Assembly (NCBI RefSeq): GCF_018977255.1
Contig: NW_024704743.1
Coordinates: 69,256,001 to 69,320,000 of the forward strand
Source: Callorhinchus milii
Taxonomy: Eukaryota
Reading direction: 5' to 3'
Length of the DNA: 64,000 nucleotides
In this document: positions 50,201-62,134 of the stretch, in pieces
Position numbering within the stretch: position 1 is the first letter of the stretch
Layout of the letters: each line of letters opens with the position of its first letter
Made by a program: the position numbers and the translations under genes
The notes under the pieces: model-generated
What the model was told of the DNA's origin: nothing
Databases searched by the model: none
The model's input: only the letters and a program-made list of their open reading frames with translations

Positions 50201-53200
50201 ATTGGAAACCTGAAATCCAAACCAAAACAGGAAGATCAGCATCTAAAGAGAAATGTATCAATGTTTAATTTGAGACTTCAGCAGATCTGAATAAAAGGTC
50301 ACACCCAAAATGCTAACCTCGTTGATTTCTAAGATTTTTGGTTGCTTTTATTTCATTTTATTGAAACATGAATTCCTTGATTGACAATAATGTAGTTTCT
50401 ATTGGGATAAAAGAAAAGGTTTGCTACGGAAATAAGTTTCACAATCCGGTTCCAGGTTATTTGTTTAAAGTAACTACAAACAGCACTCTGATACACTTAA
50501 ACAGTGTGCTGTATAGTCACAGAAATGTCAGATTTTTTTAACAAAATATTCGACCACCACAGATGTTTACTAATCAAATGTATCCAGGGTTCAAAGCTCA
50601 TATATATTTTAAGGGATCCAGCATATGAAAATATTCTGGCTTGGTGGAAAAGCCAGCCCTCGAGAGAGAGTTACAGCCAAACACAGAGAAGAAGCCAGAT
50701 GGACCCAGAGAGAACCAAGCGAGAAATAGATAGATGTAGAGGCAATCAGAGGGACAGCAAGTGAGATGCAGACAAAGAAAAACAGGGGAAGTTAAGAGAG
50801 AGAGAGAAATGAGAAAGAGATCCAAAGAAAAATATAGATTGAAATCAGAGAAGAAGAGTGTTAGACAGAGATACAGGATCTTATCATTTCAGATCGTGAT
50901 CTTCCATTTTGGCTGGAGTAACAACAACAAATTACATTTTAAAAGCACCTTTCAGTCAGTGAATCGCACCTGAGCTGGTGATTAAGATCTGGAGGGATGG
51001 AGGTTGGGAGGGGAGGAATAGGAAGGCACGGTCGAAGAGGAGGTTTTTGAGATGGGTCATGAAGGAGGCAAAGGAGGGGGAGAGACAACAACAACAAGAT
51101 TCCATTTATTGAGCGCCTTTCACGTCGGGAGGACGTCCCAAGGCGCTGTACAGTTGGGTCAGGACCCGAGCAAGGGGGAAATGGTCAGGGTGAGGGAGAC
51201 GGACTGTGGGATGGAGTTCCAGAGGGTGGGAGCAGAGAGGCTGAAGACTTGCCTGCCAATGTGGCGGGGGGGGTAGGCGGGGGGGCGTGAAGCAGGCCAG
51301 AGCCCGCTGAGCGCAGGGAGCAGACAGGTTTGTAGGGGATTAGGAGGTCACAGAGGTAGGGAGGAGCAAGACTGTGAAGGGCTTTGAAGGTATGAGCTTG
51401 AGCTATATCTTCTGAGGGGAGTTGGACGAGGATAGGGGTGATAGTGTAGCAGAGCCTGGTGCAGGAGAGGACACGGGCTGCAGAGTTCTGGATGATCTGT
51501 AGCCTGTGGGGGGGGGGGGGGGGTGAGAGGAGTTGGGGAGGCCGACAAGCAGGGAGTTTGTGTAGTCGAGCCTGGATGTGATGAATGCGTGGTTGAGGGT
51601 CTCAGCGGCCTGGGGTGAGAGACAGTGGCAGAGCCGGGCGATGTTGTGGAGGTAAAGAAAGGCAGAGCGCGTCATGGCACAAATGTGGGGGATGAAGGAC
51701 ACTTAAGGGTCAAACAGGAACGTTGAGGTACACATTTCAGGTTTTAAGTTATTCTTTCATTATATGCCTCAAAAGTCTCAGGAAAAAATATCGTAGATTC
51801 CATCAACTAAGTAGACATTTCTAAAAACACAATTTTAAGGAGGTCCTTTTAGTCCGTGGTGGAAATTCTACGGGGGGAAGGCAAGACTGAAAGTGTACAC
51901 TGGAGATTAATAAAATGAAATAAATAAAAAATAAAAAATAGTAGTACATTGCAACAGATTGGTTGTCTGCATGTTGAATCCCAATAAATGATTTAAGCAT
52001 TCAAAACACCAATAGCTTACAATGAATGCACCATAGAGGTGTACAGTAAGGGCTTTTGTTACATTTAAAATTGAACAGAAACCACACAGAACTTTCAGGA
52101 AAAAGCTGTGATAAGTCATATATCATTACCACCGGGCCTAGAGTTTTGAATATTGCCTGATTAAACAGTGAGTCATTGAATTTTTCAGCAAAGTGACTCA
52201 GTCCAATTCTTTGTAAGTGGCAAAAATCTGGAAGGCTGGAAGAATTTTTTAATGACTCGTGGACCATCCGTCTGACTATCAACAGACTCTCATTGGACCT
52301 AAGATGGAATAGCAATTGAATTTGTTTCAGGTCACATGTGCAATGTGGCTCATATTTACCATTATAACAAGCCCAGTGTAGCGGTGTGTAGCCATGATTG
52401 TCTGCAGTTGTAGGAGTGATATCCATTGAGGATGCTGCTTGAAGTAATGCTCCAAGTACTCCTACATGTCCACAAGATGCTGCCAAATGAAGAGATGTGC
52501 GTCCCTTGCAGTCCTGAATTAAGACGTTAGCGTTGTGTTGAAGTAAAGCTTCCACACATTCTTCATGACCAGTTACTGCCTATAAAACCAAACATTAAAT
52601 TAAGGCAACCTAGGGATCTGTAAACATTTTACTCCCACAAGTTGCAACAGAGGACACAATGTAAATTCTTTGTATCCAGATGTTATATTTGTAATGAAAT
52701 CCTAGTAACACAAATAAACTGTAGTGCCTGTACTGCTAACCAAGCTAAGGTTAGCTAACTCAATAAAAATAAATAAACCCGAGATTTAGCAATCTATATA
52801 GTTTAATTTGAAACCAGTTTATCAATTGAACAATCAGGGAAGTTCCATGAATATTTTTAATCACAAAAAAGCTTCAACAATCTCCATCAAGTTACAATAA
52901 TTCAAAAGGACAGCAAATGGAAATGTGTACAATGATTTGGCTTGATTCTGGGTCTCTAAACATCTTAAAACGGTCTTGGTACATCCTCAAAATAAATGTA
53001 CAACAATAACTTGCATTTATATAGCGTCTTTCATGCTAGAAGGCATCTCGGAGCAATTCATGTACTGAAATACTGATGCACAGTACAGTTGAACTGGAAC
53101 AACTTACAATATTCTGTTTATTATTCGGCTCAGCTGATAGTACTCTTACCTCTGCATCAGAAGGTTGTGAGTTCAAGTCCCCTTTTGGGGACTTTGATCT

Positions 53201-56200
53201 CATGGTCTATGCACAAATTGACTGCCACATTCACATCTAAAATAGTCATTGCACTTCACAGTAATTACTGTAATTCAGTAATTACTGAAGCGCTTTGAGA
53301 TGTCATGGGTTACTATATCAAATGGTAGGATCATTATGATTTATCTATGAGGTTGCATTCCACTAAAAAACAAACATAGTGCATTTAAAGATTTGATTCC
53401 CCCAAGCATAAGAGAATGAATCAGTTAACAAGTGTATACATATTTGTGCAGGCAGCAATATAAGTTCTCAAGATCAGGAATTCAAACCAGATTCTGCATG
53501 TACAATAAACAGAGATTTCCAAACAGTACTTACCCCTCGGTGTAATGCAGTTCTCCCCCATTTGTCTTTGGCATCTGCGTTTGATCCTTTATTCAGAAGT
53601 GAATACACACAGTCTGTATGTCCATTCAAAACGGATAGCATCAGTGGAGTTCTGCAACAAACAATGAAACAAATTTCCAATCACACCACCAATAACAACT
53701 TGCATTTAATAGCATCCCAGAGCACTTGTCACCAGGTAGTATTTGAACTGCACAGAAGAGAATTATAGGTATTTAACTTTTTTACCCCCCTAAAAGTTCC
53801 ATTTTATTCATATGAAAATTAACTCAACATCAACCAGGTATTCTAAGTGCACAATTTGGACACCAATAGGAATTAGGTTTAAATAAACTCCAGAGCAAGA
53901 AATAGACATTTAAAAAATGCACATCATGGACAAGATTTATGGCAACCGTTTCCTGAATTATTTCTATTGGTGTGTAACTGCAACAGCATAAAAATATATT
54001 TTTCTGTTTCATTATGTATATAGACCTCAAAGCCAAGATACTTAAGATCAAGTGACATAACCCTGGGGCAAGAATTCTGTTAGAGTATTTCTCTACCATT
54101 TTAGTTACACACTCTAAACATGAAGCATGTTTTAAGGCTTTAAAATGTTGAGAAGTCAGGGAAATGAGAGGTAGTGTTGCAGTGTTTTTCTCTCTTTTTT
54201 CCCCCCTAAAAGTTCCATTTTATTCATATGAAAATTAACCCAACATCAGCCAGGTATTCTAAGTGCACAATTTTTTCTCCTCTAAAAGTTCCATTTTATT
54301 CACTGAGATTGTGTTTCAGGCTGTTCTAATAGGAGGGATAATATGGGGAGAACAACAAAATCTGTAATGGTAATGCCACGTTATGCTATTTCTAGCCCAA
54401 CTGTACTGATGGGTTCTTGACAGGAACTACCTCAGATCTCCTTGCACACAGTTAAGAAATTGCTTCTGAAGTTGTACATATGGACCATAGAGACAATGAT
54501 CTAATTCTACTTTTCGGCTTGCCCATCTATCTAATTCTCTTTTAAAAGAAAGACCACATTATATTTGAATGCAATAATAAAAATGTTGCTCACTGTCCAT
54601 TTCCATCTTGAATGTCTACAGCTGTGTAGAGATCAGTGTTACCTATGAGGAGCCGTAGGCACTCGGAGTGCCCATTTGTTGCTGAGAAAGTAAATAAAAA
54701 GATGTCAAACGGAAAGATTCACACAACGTTTGATACAATTTTCAATAAAACACAAGTATGATAAACAATGTTCCTAATTGTCAATAGAACTGCCAACATT
54801 AAAAGTATATCTCCAATGTGCTCATTTCAGAACTTCTGCATGCTGTTGAACACGCAGGAATTGCTGAGAAGACAGTTGTATATTCCTACCAAGATCCAGC
54901 TAACCTGCCCAACAGTGATTCTGGATAGGGATTTGATCCTTTCCTTCCTAATTCTGGGGAGCTGAGGCTAATTGTAGTCCCAACTACAACAGCATTACAT
55001 TTGTAAAGTGCTGTTCCGTTCGAGAGGAGTCCCAGGACACTGGACAGTCAGGCATTTAGACCTGAGCGGGGAAGTTGGGATCAGGGAGGGTAGGGAGGGT
55101 GGCTGAAGGCGCAGTCGAAGAGGCAGGTCTTGAGAAGTGCCTTGAAGGAGGCAAGGGAGGGAACGAAGAAAAATGAATCTGGAATGGAGTTCTAAACTTC
55201 TGCCCAATGTGAGATAACCTAACTCAGTACAGACCAGGTTTCAAATCTGCTGCCCTCCCTCTACATAATATGGTGCTGCACCTGTCCCAATTGCTGTTAA
55301 ACTGGAGTGTATTGTCACCAAAAATCAAACCACTAACAGCAACAAGAGTTATATAATTTACCAGTACATATTCAAACTTATAGAAGTACGTAAGCATTTA
55401 AAGTTTTTAAAATTCCTACACTATCAATTTCTTTTATACATAAAAAATAACTGATATAAAAATGTATAAAAAAATAAATGTTATATGTAAAAAAATACAT
55501 TTTAAATAAAATAAATATCAAAGTGCATAAGCATTTAAAATTCCTCCTCCATCAATTTGTGCTGTTCAAACATTTAAATGTTGGAACAGCAGAAATTGTT
55601 GGAGGAGTTTTGTGTAAAAAATAAATTCTATGGTGTACTAAATTAAATGCTGAGGGTGTGTTAATTTTTACTGTTAGCATTTTATATTTTCAAAACAAAA
55701 ATAAATCTGCAACATTCCCAGTTGGATTTTTAATGTTCACTTTCCAAGTATCTGCAGTACCAGTACTACTGAGACACAGCTGGTGGCAGTCTTGAGCTGT
55801 TAAATCTCAAACAATATTACCAGTCATATTATGGCATTATGGTGATAAAGCAGTTCTGATCTTTATTTAAAATGGCTATATACTTGATCCCATTAATTTT
55901 GCTGGTTCATAATTTTTNAGTTGCACAAACCAGAAAGCTTAAGAAGTGAATTGGTTGGATTTCGAGCACACAAATATGAGCATTCCAGTTAAATCTATAT
56001 TATAATTTTCATGCAGTTGTTATTTTAAGGAGTTTTGCTTGCACACAATTTGATCTTAAAAGGAACAGGTATGTTCGGAATGTCCCTTCTCACAAAAGAA
56101 GTGAAGCTGGTAGGGAAAAGACAACATTTCTGGAACAACAGTCTTGTAAACCTGTCAATTGTGAACACAGATTTCTGAGATCATGCTTTCATTACATGTG

Positions 56201-59200
56201 TAACAAACATGTTATTTAGAAATCTCACCACTTAATTGATCAAACATCACGAGTGAAGCCGTTGCATTTGTTTAAATTACACTAAAACACTATAATTTCC
56301 ATTCAACTTTTTCCCCCTTTTTTGTATCATTATAACTAGTTACCTTGGTCACTGTGTGAATAAGTTCACCACAGCTTCAATTCTAATATCAACTATTGCT
56401 CTGCTAGTGTTCAAATCTGTCTAAATGCTAACACCGAAATTACACAGTGAACGAGGAAGATACTTTTTCCACTTTACTGGCAATTGACATCAGTCAAACT
56501 TAAGTTTCATTTATGCTGCTTTAAGTGAAAGCAGTTCTGCGGCATTCAGATCTCCCAACTCTGGAATTCCGTTTTACATTGCAGGGCACATTTCACAAGG
56601 CACATTTGTGAATTATTTCATCTCTGGAACTGCTTCCAACGTTTGTCAAAGGGACGGTAGGTATCATGTAATGGGGGGGAGAGTAATACTCAATTTTAGG
56701 GCTGATTCTCCTTTAAGACAGTTGGCTTGACTTATAGGACCATCAGCCAATCAGAGGTAAGGACGCATCGAGAAGCAGCTGACCGGACCGGAAGTGGTCG
56801 GACACCACCGATGAGTTGTGATAGGAGGGTCAACAGGGGGTTCGTGGGTGCCACGGATTGGAGGACTGACTGTGATCATCCTCAGGGCTTTCCCTCCCAG
56901 CTCCCTATAAAGAGGCGAGCTGTAAATAGACATGTGGGGTGCAGGCTGAGCTCCCTCTCACCTTAGCCACTCATCGCCTATGGTCCTATTGCATCCAAAG
57001 TCAGTAATGCATGAAAACTACATCCACACTCTCCACAAGTCACTTTGCTTTAGTGTGGAGAATGTTAACAGTTCGGCAACTTTTTTTTCAAATTGCAAAA
57101 ATCCAGGAAAAACATTATTTGGCTAGCTACATTTTTAAAAATACAATAAAATTACTCATTATCAAAACATCAGCACAAACCTGCAGCGTGAATTGGGGTT
57201 CTTTTAGTTACATAATCTTTAACGAGAATGGACGCTCCCTGATTGATTAATACATCCACACACTCCACATGTCCTTTAAAGGCTGCTAGGTCCAAAGCTG
57301 TGCGGCCATTGTTATTTCTCACATCCAGGTCTAAGAGAGACTGAACTAGGACCTCCAGAGCCTGGTGATGACCATGGTAAGCCTGAAAGATATTCAAAAT
57401 ATTTTGTTTTAAACAAGTTAAAAAGTTTGGAACAAAAACAGAAGTCGCTGGGAACACTCAGCAGGTCAGGAGAATGGAGAAAGGAAAGTCCTGTAGCTCA
57501 GTGGTTGGAGCACTCGCTTTGCAAGTGAGAGACCTGAGTTCAATTCCAGGCAGAGGGCGAAACCTTGGGCAAGTTTCCTTACTCCACACAGAGCCTAATA
57601 ATAATCCCTCCAAAACCAAAAACAATAATAAATTGGTCATTTTCAATCTACGACTGTTTGTGGGACATTGCTGTGTGCAATTGGCTGCTGCGTTCGCCCA
57701 CAAATATACAGTCAATTCACTTTACAGTGTGTTCTGTGAAGCGCTTTGGGACGTCCTCCCGACGTGAAAAGCACTATATCAAATGCAAGGATTATTATTA
57801 TTATAATAAAGTGAATCAACGTTTCGGTCCACAACCCTTCGTCAGAAAGAAGTTTGAAATTGTATTAGATAGAAGGATGGATTCGTTGACTGTGTCATAA
57901 GTAGCAGTGAAATTGAGAAGGATAGAGGATGAAGATAGTGACTTTCAACAGGGCTGTCTTGGTGCTTTGGGGGAAGGGGGGCAGAATCCAGATTGGATGG
58001 ATGCAAACATGTTGTGGTGAGAGAGGAAGGAGCAAAGATGGGAGGCAACAATGTGTTCCAGCACATTAGAGAGGAAGGGCAGGTTGGAGATGAGGTGGTA
58101 GCTGAAGAGTTTGAAGTGTGAGTGAAAACATGCCTGCTATTTTGTTATACAAAACAGTATAATCCTGTCCATCAAATCAAAGTTTATTCATATTACTAAT
58201 TTCAAAAAAACAAGGTTTCAATTTAGAGCATTTTAGAGCAAAAAGGCATTTTGTACTTACAGCCAAGTGCAAAGGACTAACAGGTGCTCTGTTATCGGAA
58301 TCATTCAGCATGTCTGTACCTGAAGTTTCCATCAACTAGCAAAACACAAATGTGAAACTTTATTATATAAACAGGCAAGAGTGAATAAGATTGTGGCATC
58401 AAAGCAGACATTATTTTGGTATTAGATGAACTAGGCAGGTTAAAATTTGTCCGTAACGTATTAAAACGTTTTGTTTGCTTCTCCCCACTCTCAACATCCC
58501 TGGTCATTGGCCGACAAGCTGGAATACGGCTCCATGGGCACCAGGTGCCCTCTAGTACTTTCATTTCTAAATCATAAATAACCAACTCTACACCTGAATT
58601 GCCATTATTTCATTGAGATGTAATAGACTCCACCCCATATGAAGGCTGCTATATAAATGCGACTTGATGAGCTCTCGATTCTGTCTTCACCCAAAATTAT
58701 CACACCATGGCAGGAGGGTAAATGGGCACAAGTTTAGGATTGTGAAGACAAGTTTCAGACAGAAACTGGGCAATATAGTTGGGCCCCATTATATCATGGA
58801 TTAGCATATAACATGGTGACACCATGGACTCCTGATATATTGCATTTGGTTCTATCACGCAGGGCACAGCGAGACGAGGTGACATTGGAGACCCATGTGG
58901 TAAACGTAACTGGCTGCACTATATAATTCAGCCTCATTTTAAGAACCCCCGAGCATTGTGTACTTAACTACAGAGGATAATCAATCATTGGACTTGGTGA
59001 TCAGAAAATGTGCTCGAGGTCAGGACAACAGGAAGACAGTAAACTTGGTATTCTGAAAAGGTGAGATCAAATGGTTCTTTCCATTCTAAAAGCTTTCATC
59101 TCAGAAGTGATCTAATTAATACCAATATGCCAGTTTTTGTTTCTTATCATCCCTTAACCCTGTGTGAAAAACAGATCTTTAGAGTTGTTTTTCTGGAACT

Positions 59201-60324
59201 CGTACCAATTTTAAACATGGAGAATAGGGATCCCTATTCTACAGTGCCTGAAATAAATTATAGGGTTTCTGCTAGTCAGCAATGATAGCAAAACAGACAG
59301 TTTCTGGCAGTATTCCCAGTTATTAACTGTTGCTATTAGCAAATCCTATTGCAGGTTGTCGCTTTTTCAACCAAGTTGTGGGTTGCAATGGCAAAGCAGA
59401 CAATGAGACTGAAGGTTCAGGGAAAGAATATTGAAACTTAAAAATAAATTATAATCAAGTTGGAATAACGAATATTTGTTATAGATAAAGCAAGCATAAT
59501 AGTTAAAATAATAAAACCAAAGAGAGACAGGGAAAAGTGTTTATTTGAATCAGATTAATATTACATTATTAAAGATTAATTATTAATACCATATTACTAA
59601 AGGTTAATTATTAATACCATATTACTAAAGGTTAATTATTAAATACTGAGGTTGTTTCAACACCTTGGTCCAATGACTCAAACGTCCATTGGATAAGAAT
59701 CTCTTAAAGTAACGCAGGCAAATTAATGGAACAACTGGGCTCTTTATAAATGGGGCAATGGCCAAATCAGAATAAGCTTCTGTTTTAACATTCTTTTGAA
59801 TGTGCCAGTTTCCACACAATAATTTATTTTCTCTCATGAGCATTTTAGCCATAAGATGACGGAAATGTTTATCTAAACAATTTGGTTAGATTTAAAGCCC
59901 GATTTCTGACATGAAGGGACAGCATTCAAATCCTCTGGAGTTTCATTTGCAGGAACATTTTTTCCATTCCTACTAACTAGAGTCTATTTTTTCCATTATA
60001 CATTTTAGAAGCAATACCCTTGCAATTTATTGCATTTTTGCAGTTTAATGTACATTTTCAGCAAAAATGGCACCTTTAGGAGAAATTAATGGTTTAAGGG
60101 AGTGACATAAAACACTAGCCATGAAGTTTTAGGGGTTTGGGCTGAAACGGCAACTATAAATTAGTGTTATACATACACTGAATCACATACTTTTGTACTT
60201 AAATCCAGTCATGTTTATACTAATCATACACTAGACAGAACATACTGAAGTAGCTTTTAAACATACATATTTCTACAAAATAAAAGTGATAACTTACTAC
60301 ATCTAGAGGAGTTTCATTTGCAAT
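40996..60324 (-). CDS. ANKRD28: Ankyrin repeat domain 28 / PP6 regulatory ankyrin subunit A, last 13 coding exons (5' part beyond the right edge)
   Basis: join complement(60298-60324,58261-58335,57181-57382,54594-54681,53534-53651,52360-52579,49494-49581,49326-49409,47768-47913,47022-47104,44046-44128,43233-43324,40996-41282). Ankyrin repeats (TPLH/TALH...G...V..LL), [41 protein letters not shown] and C-terminal DSDSETY*. Phases all consistent; convergent with BTD. Confidence 0.96.
41659..42020 (-). mobile_element. tRNA-derived SINE (same family)
   Basis: Head, body and (ATT)n tail recognisable. Confidence 0.88.
43233..43324 (-). CDS. ANKRD28: ANKRD28 exon (92 nt)
   Basis: [30 protein letters not shown](G); |gtaagc. 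Confidence 0.95.
44046..44128 (-). CDS. ANKRD28: ANKRD28 exon (83 nt)
   Basis: [27 protein letters not shown](T); |gtaagg. Confidence 0.95.
45880..46160 (-). mobile_element. Degenerate CR1 RT fragment
   Basis: Reverse strand reads [10 protein letters not shown] and SGVSQG-like remnants. Confidence 0.65.
47022..47104 (-). CDS. ANKRD28: ANKRD28 exon (83 nt)
   Basis: (E)[27 protein letters not shown]; |gtgagc. Confidence 0.95.
47768..47913 (-). CDS. ANKRD28: ANKRD28 exon (146 nt)
   Basis: [48 protein letters not shown]. Confidence 0.96.
48238..48670 (-). mobile_element. Deu-domain-type tRNA SINE; related copies at about 13080-13310, 21145-21675, 21990-22240, 24915-25315, 30715-30830, 33240-33520, 34070-34440
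   Basis: Shared core CTGCCTGTTCAGGTGGAYRTTAAAGATCCCATGGCACTATTC, tRNA head TGGCTCAGTTG...GGGTTCAAG and L2-like tail. Confidence 0.75.
49326..49409 (-). CDS. ANKRD28: ANKRD28 exon (84 nt)
   Basis: [27 protein letters not shown](R); preceded by an 84-nt intron. Confidence 0.95.
49494..49581 (-). CDS. ANKRD28: ANKRD28 exon (88 nt)
   Basis: (G)[28 protein letters not shown](V). Confidence 0.95.
50920..51720 (-). mobile_element. L2 LINE fragment with a nested young L2 3' end (about 51087-51190)
   Basis: [25 protein letters not shown]; the nested piece matches the 38.7-kb L2 tail almost exactly. Confidence 0.85.
52360..52579 (-). CDS. ANKRD28: ANKRD28 exon (220 nt)
   Basis: [49 protein letters not shown]...[11 protein letters not shown]. 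Confidence 0.96.
53534..53651 (-). CDS. ANKRD28: ANKRD28 exon (118 nt)
   Basis: [39 protein letters not shown]; |gtaagt. Confidence 0.96.
54594..54681 (-). CDS. ANKRD28: ANKRD28 exon (88 nt)
   Basis: (A)[28 protein letters not shown](Q); tcag|...|gtgagc. Confidence 0.95.
57181..57382 (-). CDS. ANKRD28: ANKRD28 exon (202 nt)
   Basis: [67 protein letters not shown]. Confidence 0.96.
57490..57807 (+). mobile_element. tRNA-derived SINE with L2-type tail, TSD AAAGT
   Basis: A-box TAGCTCAGTGG, B-box GAGTTCAATTCC, L2 stem-loop tail plus (ATT)n; AAAGT at 57485-57489 and 57808-57812. Confidence 0.9.
58261..58335 (-). CDS. ANKRD28: ANKRD28 exon (75 nt)
   Basis: [25 protein letters not shown]; ctag|...|gtaagt. 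Confidence 0.95.
60298..60324 (-). CDS. ANKRD28: ANKRD28 27-nt microexon
   Basis: IANETPLDV; ttacag|...|gtaagt. Confidence 0.9.
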
Positions 60325-60699
60325 CTGTAACAAAAACAATTACACGGGAGCTTAATTATGTATCATTTTGCTAACTTCCTACCTCTCCCTCTCCAAACAT
60401 ACGTTCACTCAAGTTTTTGCATACAAATAGCTGATGACCTCAGTGACAATTATATTATTGTATAAAACTCTAAGAATGGTCTGATGGATAGCCCACAAAA
60501 TACGCAGCATATTCTGTGAAGCAATTTGAGACGTCTCAAAGACCTGATAAGGCGCTATATCAAATGCAAGAATTATTATTATTATTATTATAATAGCTCA
60601 GCATATCGAAAACCAATGTGGTAATTATGGAGAAAGGGGGGACGGGACACCAGCGAGGCTACAGGAGCTCTCAGGGCCCAGTACCGCACACAAACCCAG

Positions 60700-61244
60700 A
60701 GAAAAACACACTCAGAGGCGCAGGCACACATATTCACAGACATGGAGAGACACACATGCACACACAGAGAGAGACACACACTCAGAGACACAGAGAGACA
60801 CACACACTCAGAGATCACAGAGAGAGACACACACTCAGAGACACAGAGAGAGACACACTCAGACACAGAAACACACACACACAAGAGACAGAGAGAGACA
60901 CACACTCAGAGATAGAGAGAGAGACACACACACACTCAGAGATAGAGAGAGAGAGACACACTCAGAGTCACACACACACTCAGAGACACAGAGAGACACA
61001 GAAACACACACACAAGAGACACAGAGAGAGACACACACTCAGAGATAGAGAGAGAGACACACACACACTCAGAGACACAGAGAGACACACACACACTCAG
61101 AGACAGAGAGAGAAACACACACTCAGAGCCACAGAGAGAGAGAGAGAGAGAGAGAAACACACACACACACACACTCAGAGACACATAGAGGGACACACAC
61201 ACACACACACACACTCAGATACAGAGAGAGGCACACACACTCAA

Positions 61245-61280
<36 letters not shown>

Positions 61281-61860
61281 ACACACACACACACTCAGAG
61301 ACACAGAGAGACACACACTCAGAGACAGAGAGAGACACACACACTCAGAGATAGAGAGAGACACACACACAAGAGACAGAGAGACACACACACACTCAGA
61401 GACACAAAGAGGGACATACGTACACAGACACACACACTCAGATACAGAGAGAGGCACACACACTCAAAGACAGAGAGAGAGACACACACACACACACACA
61501 CTCAGAGACACAGAGAGACACACACTCAGAGACAGAGAGAGACACACACACTCAGAGATAGAGAGAGACACACACACAAGAGACAGAGAGACACACACAC
61601 ACTCAGAGACACAAAGAGGGACATACGTACACAGACACACACTCAGATACAGAGAGGCACACACACTCAAAGACAGAGAGAGACACACACATTCAGAAAC
61701 AGAGAGACACACACACAGATATAGAGAGACGCACACTCACATAGATGCACACACAGCCACACCCACAAACACACAGAGGGAGACACAGACATACTCACAC
61801 TCACTCACAAACGCACATAGAGATGTACACACAGATAATCACTCACACACTCACACACAG
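60700..61860. repeat. Compound (GA)n/(CA)n minisatellite (GAGACACACACACTCA-type units)
   Basis: Low-complexity tandem array with higher-order duplications. Confidence 0.95.
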
Positions 61861-62134
61861 ATCATCACAACAGAGGGGGCCTCTGAGTGAAGCCCATTTG
61901 CCACTTGCGCTGCCCCGCGCCTGCGCGTCTGGAGCCATCCCCCCCACAGTGACATCAGGTAAACAGCCGGGAGGCCCACAGGCCAGAAACTACACCGATA
62001 GCGGGTTTGTGGCGGATTTCGCGGGGCAAGTGCCGCCCACCCTTTTCTATTCACCCAGACCATGAGTAAGTTTGGATGTGCAACACAAAATGTTCAAATG
62101 ATATTTTATTCGGTACATGTTATGATTAGATAAC

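Noticed and set aside
52001..52359. Extension of the 184-aa ORF beyond WACYNG
   Set aside because: Read-through into intron after the donor at 52359; no ankyrin similarity.
55918..55918. Single ambiguous base (n)
   Set aside because: Assembly ambiguity in an intron; it does not affect any call, though a hidden gap cannot be excluded.
57490..57560. tRNA gene (also about 12780-12850 and 53125-53180)
   Set aside because: A/B boxes continue into a SINE body and L2 tail; these are SINE heads, not cloverleaf tRNA genes.
59570..59645. AT-rich 28-bp tandem duplication (similar small ones at about 9875-9903 and 34008-34060)
   Set aside because: Ordinary slippage duplications with no sign of function.
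40996..60324. ANKRD44 or ANKRD52 paralogue
   Set aside because: [16 protein letters not shown], the DSDSETY terminus and adjacency to BTD fit ANKRD28.
60618..61736. 368-aa HTHT/RERE ORF and antisense VCVSL ORFs
   Set aside because: Artefacts of the GA/CA minisatellite.
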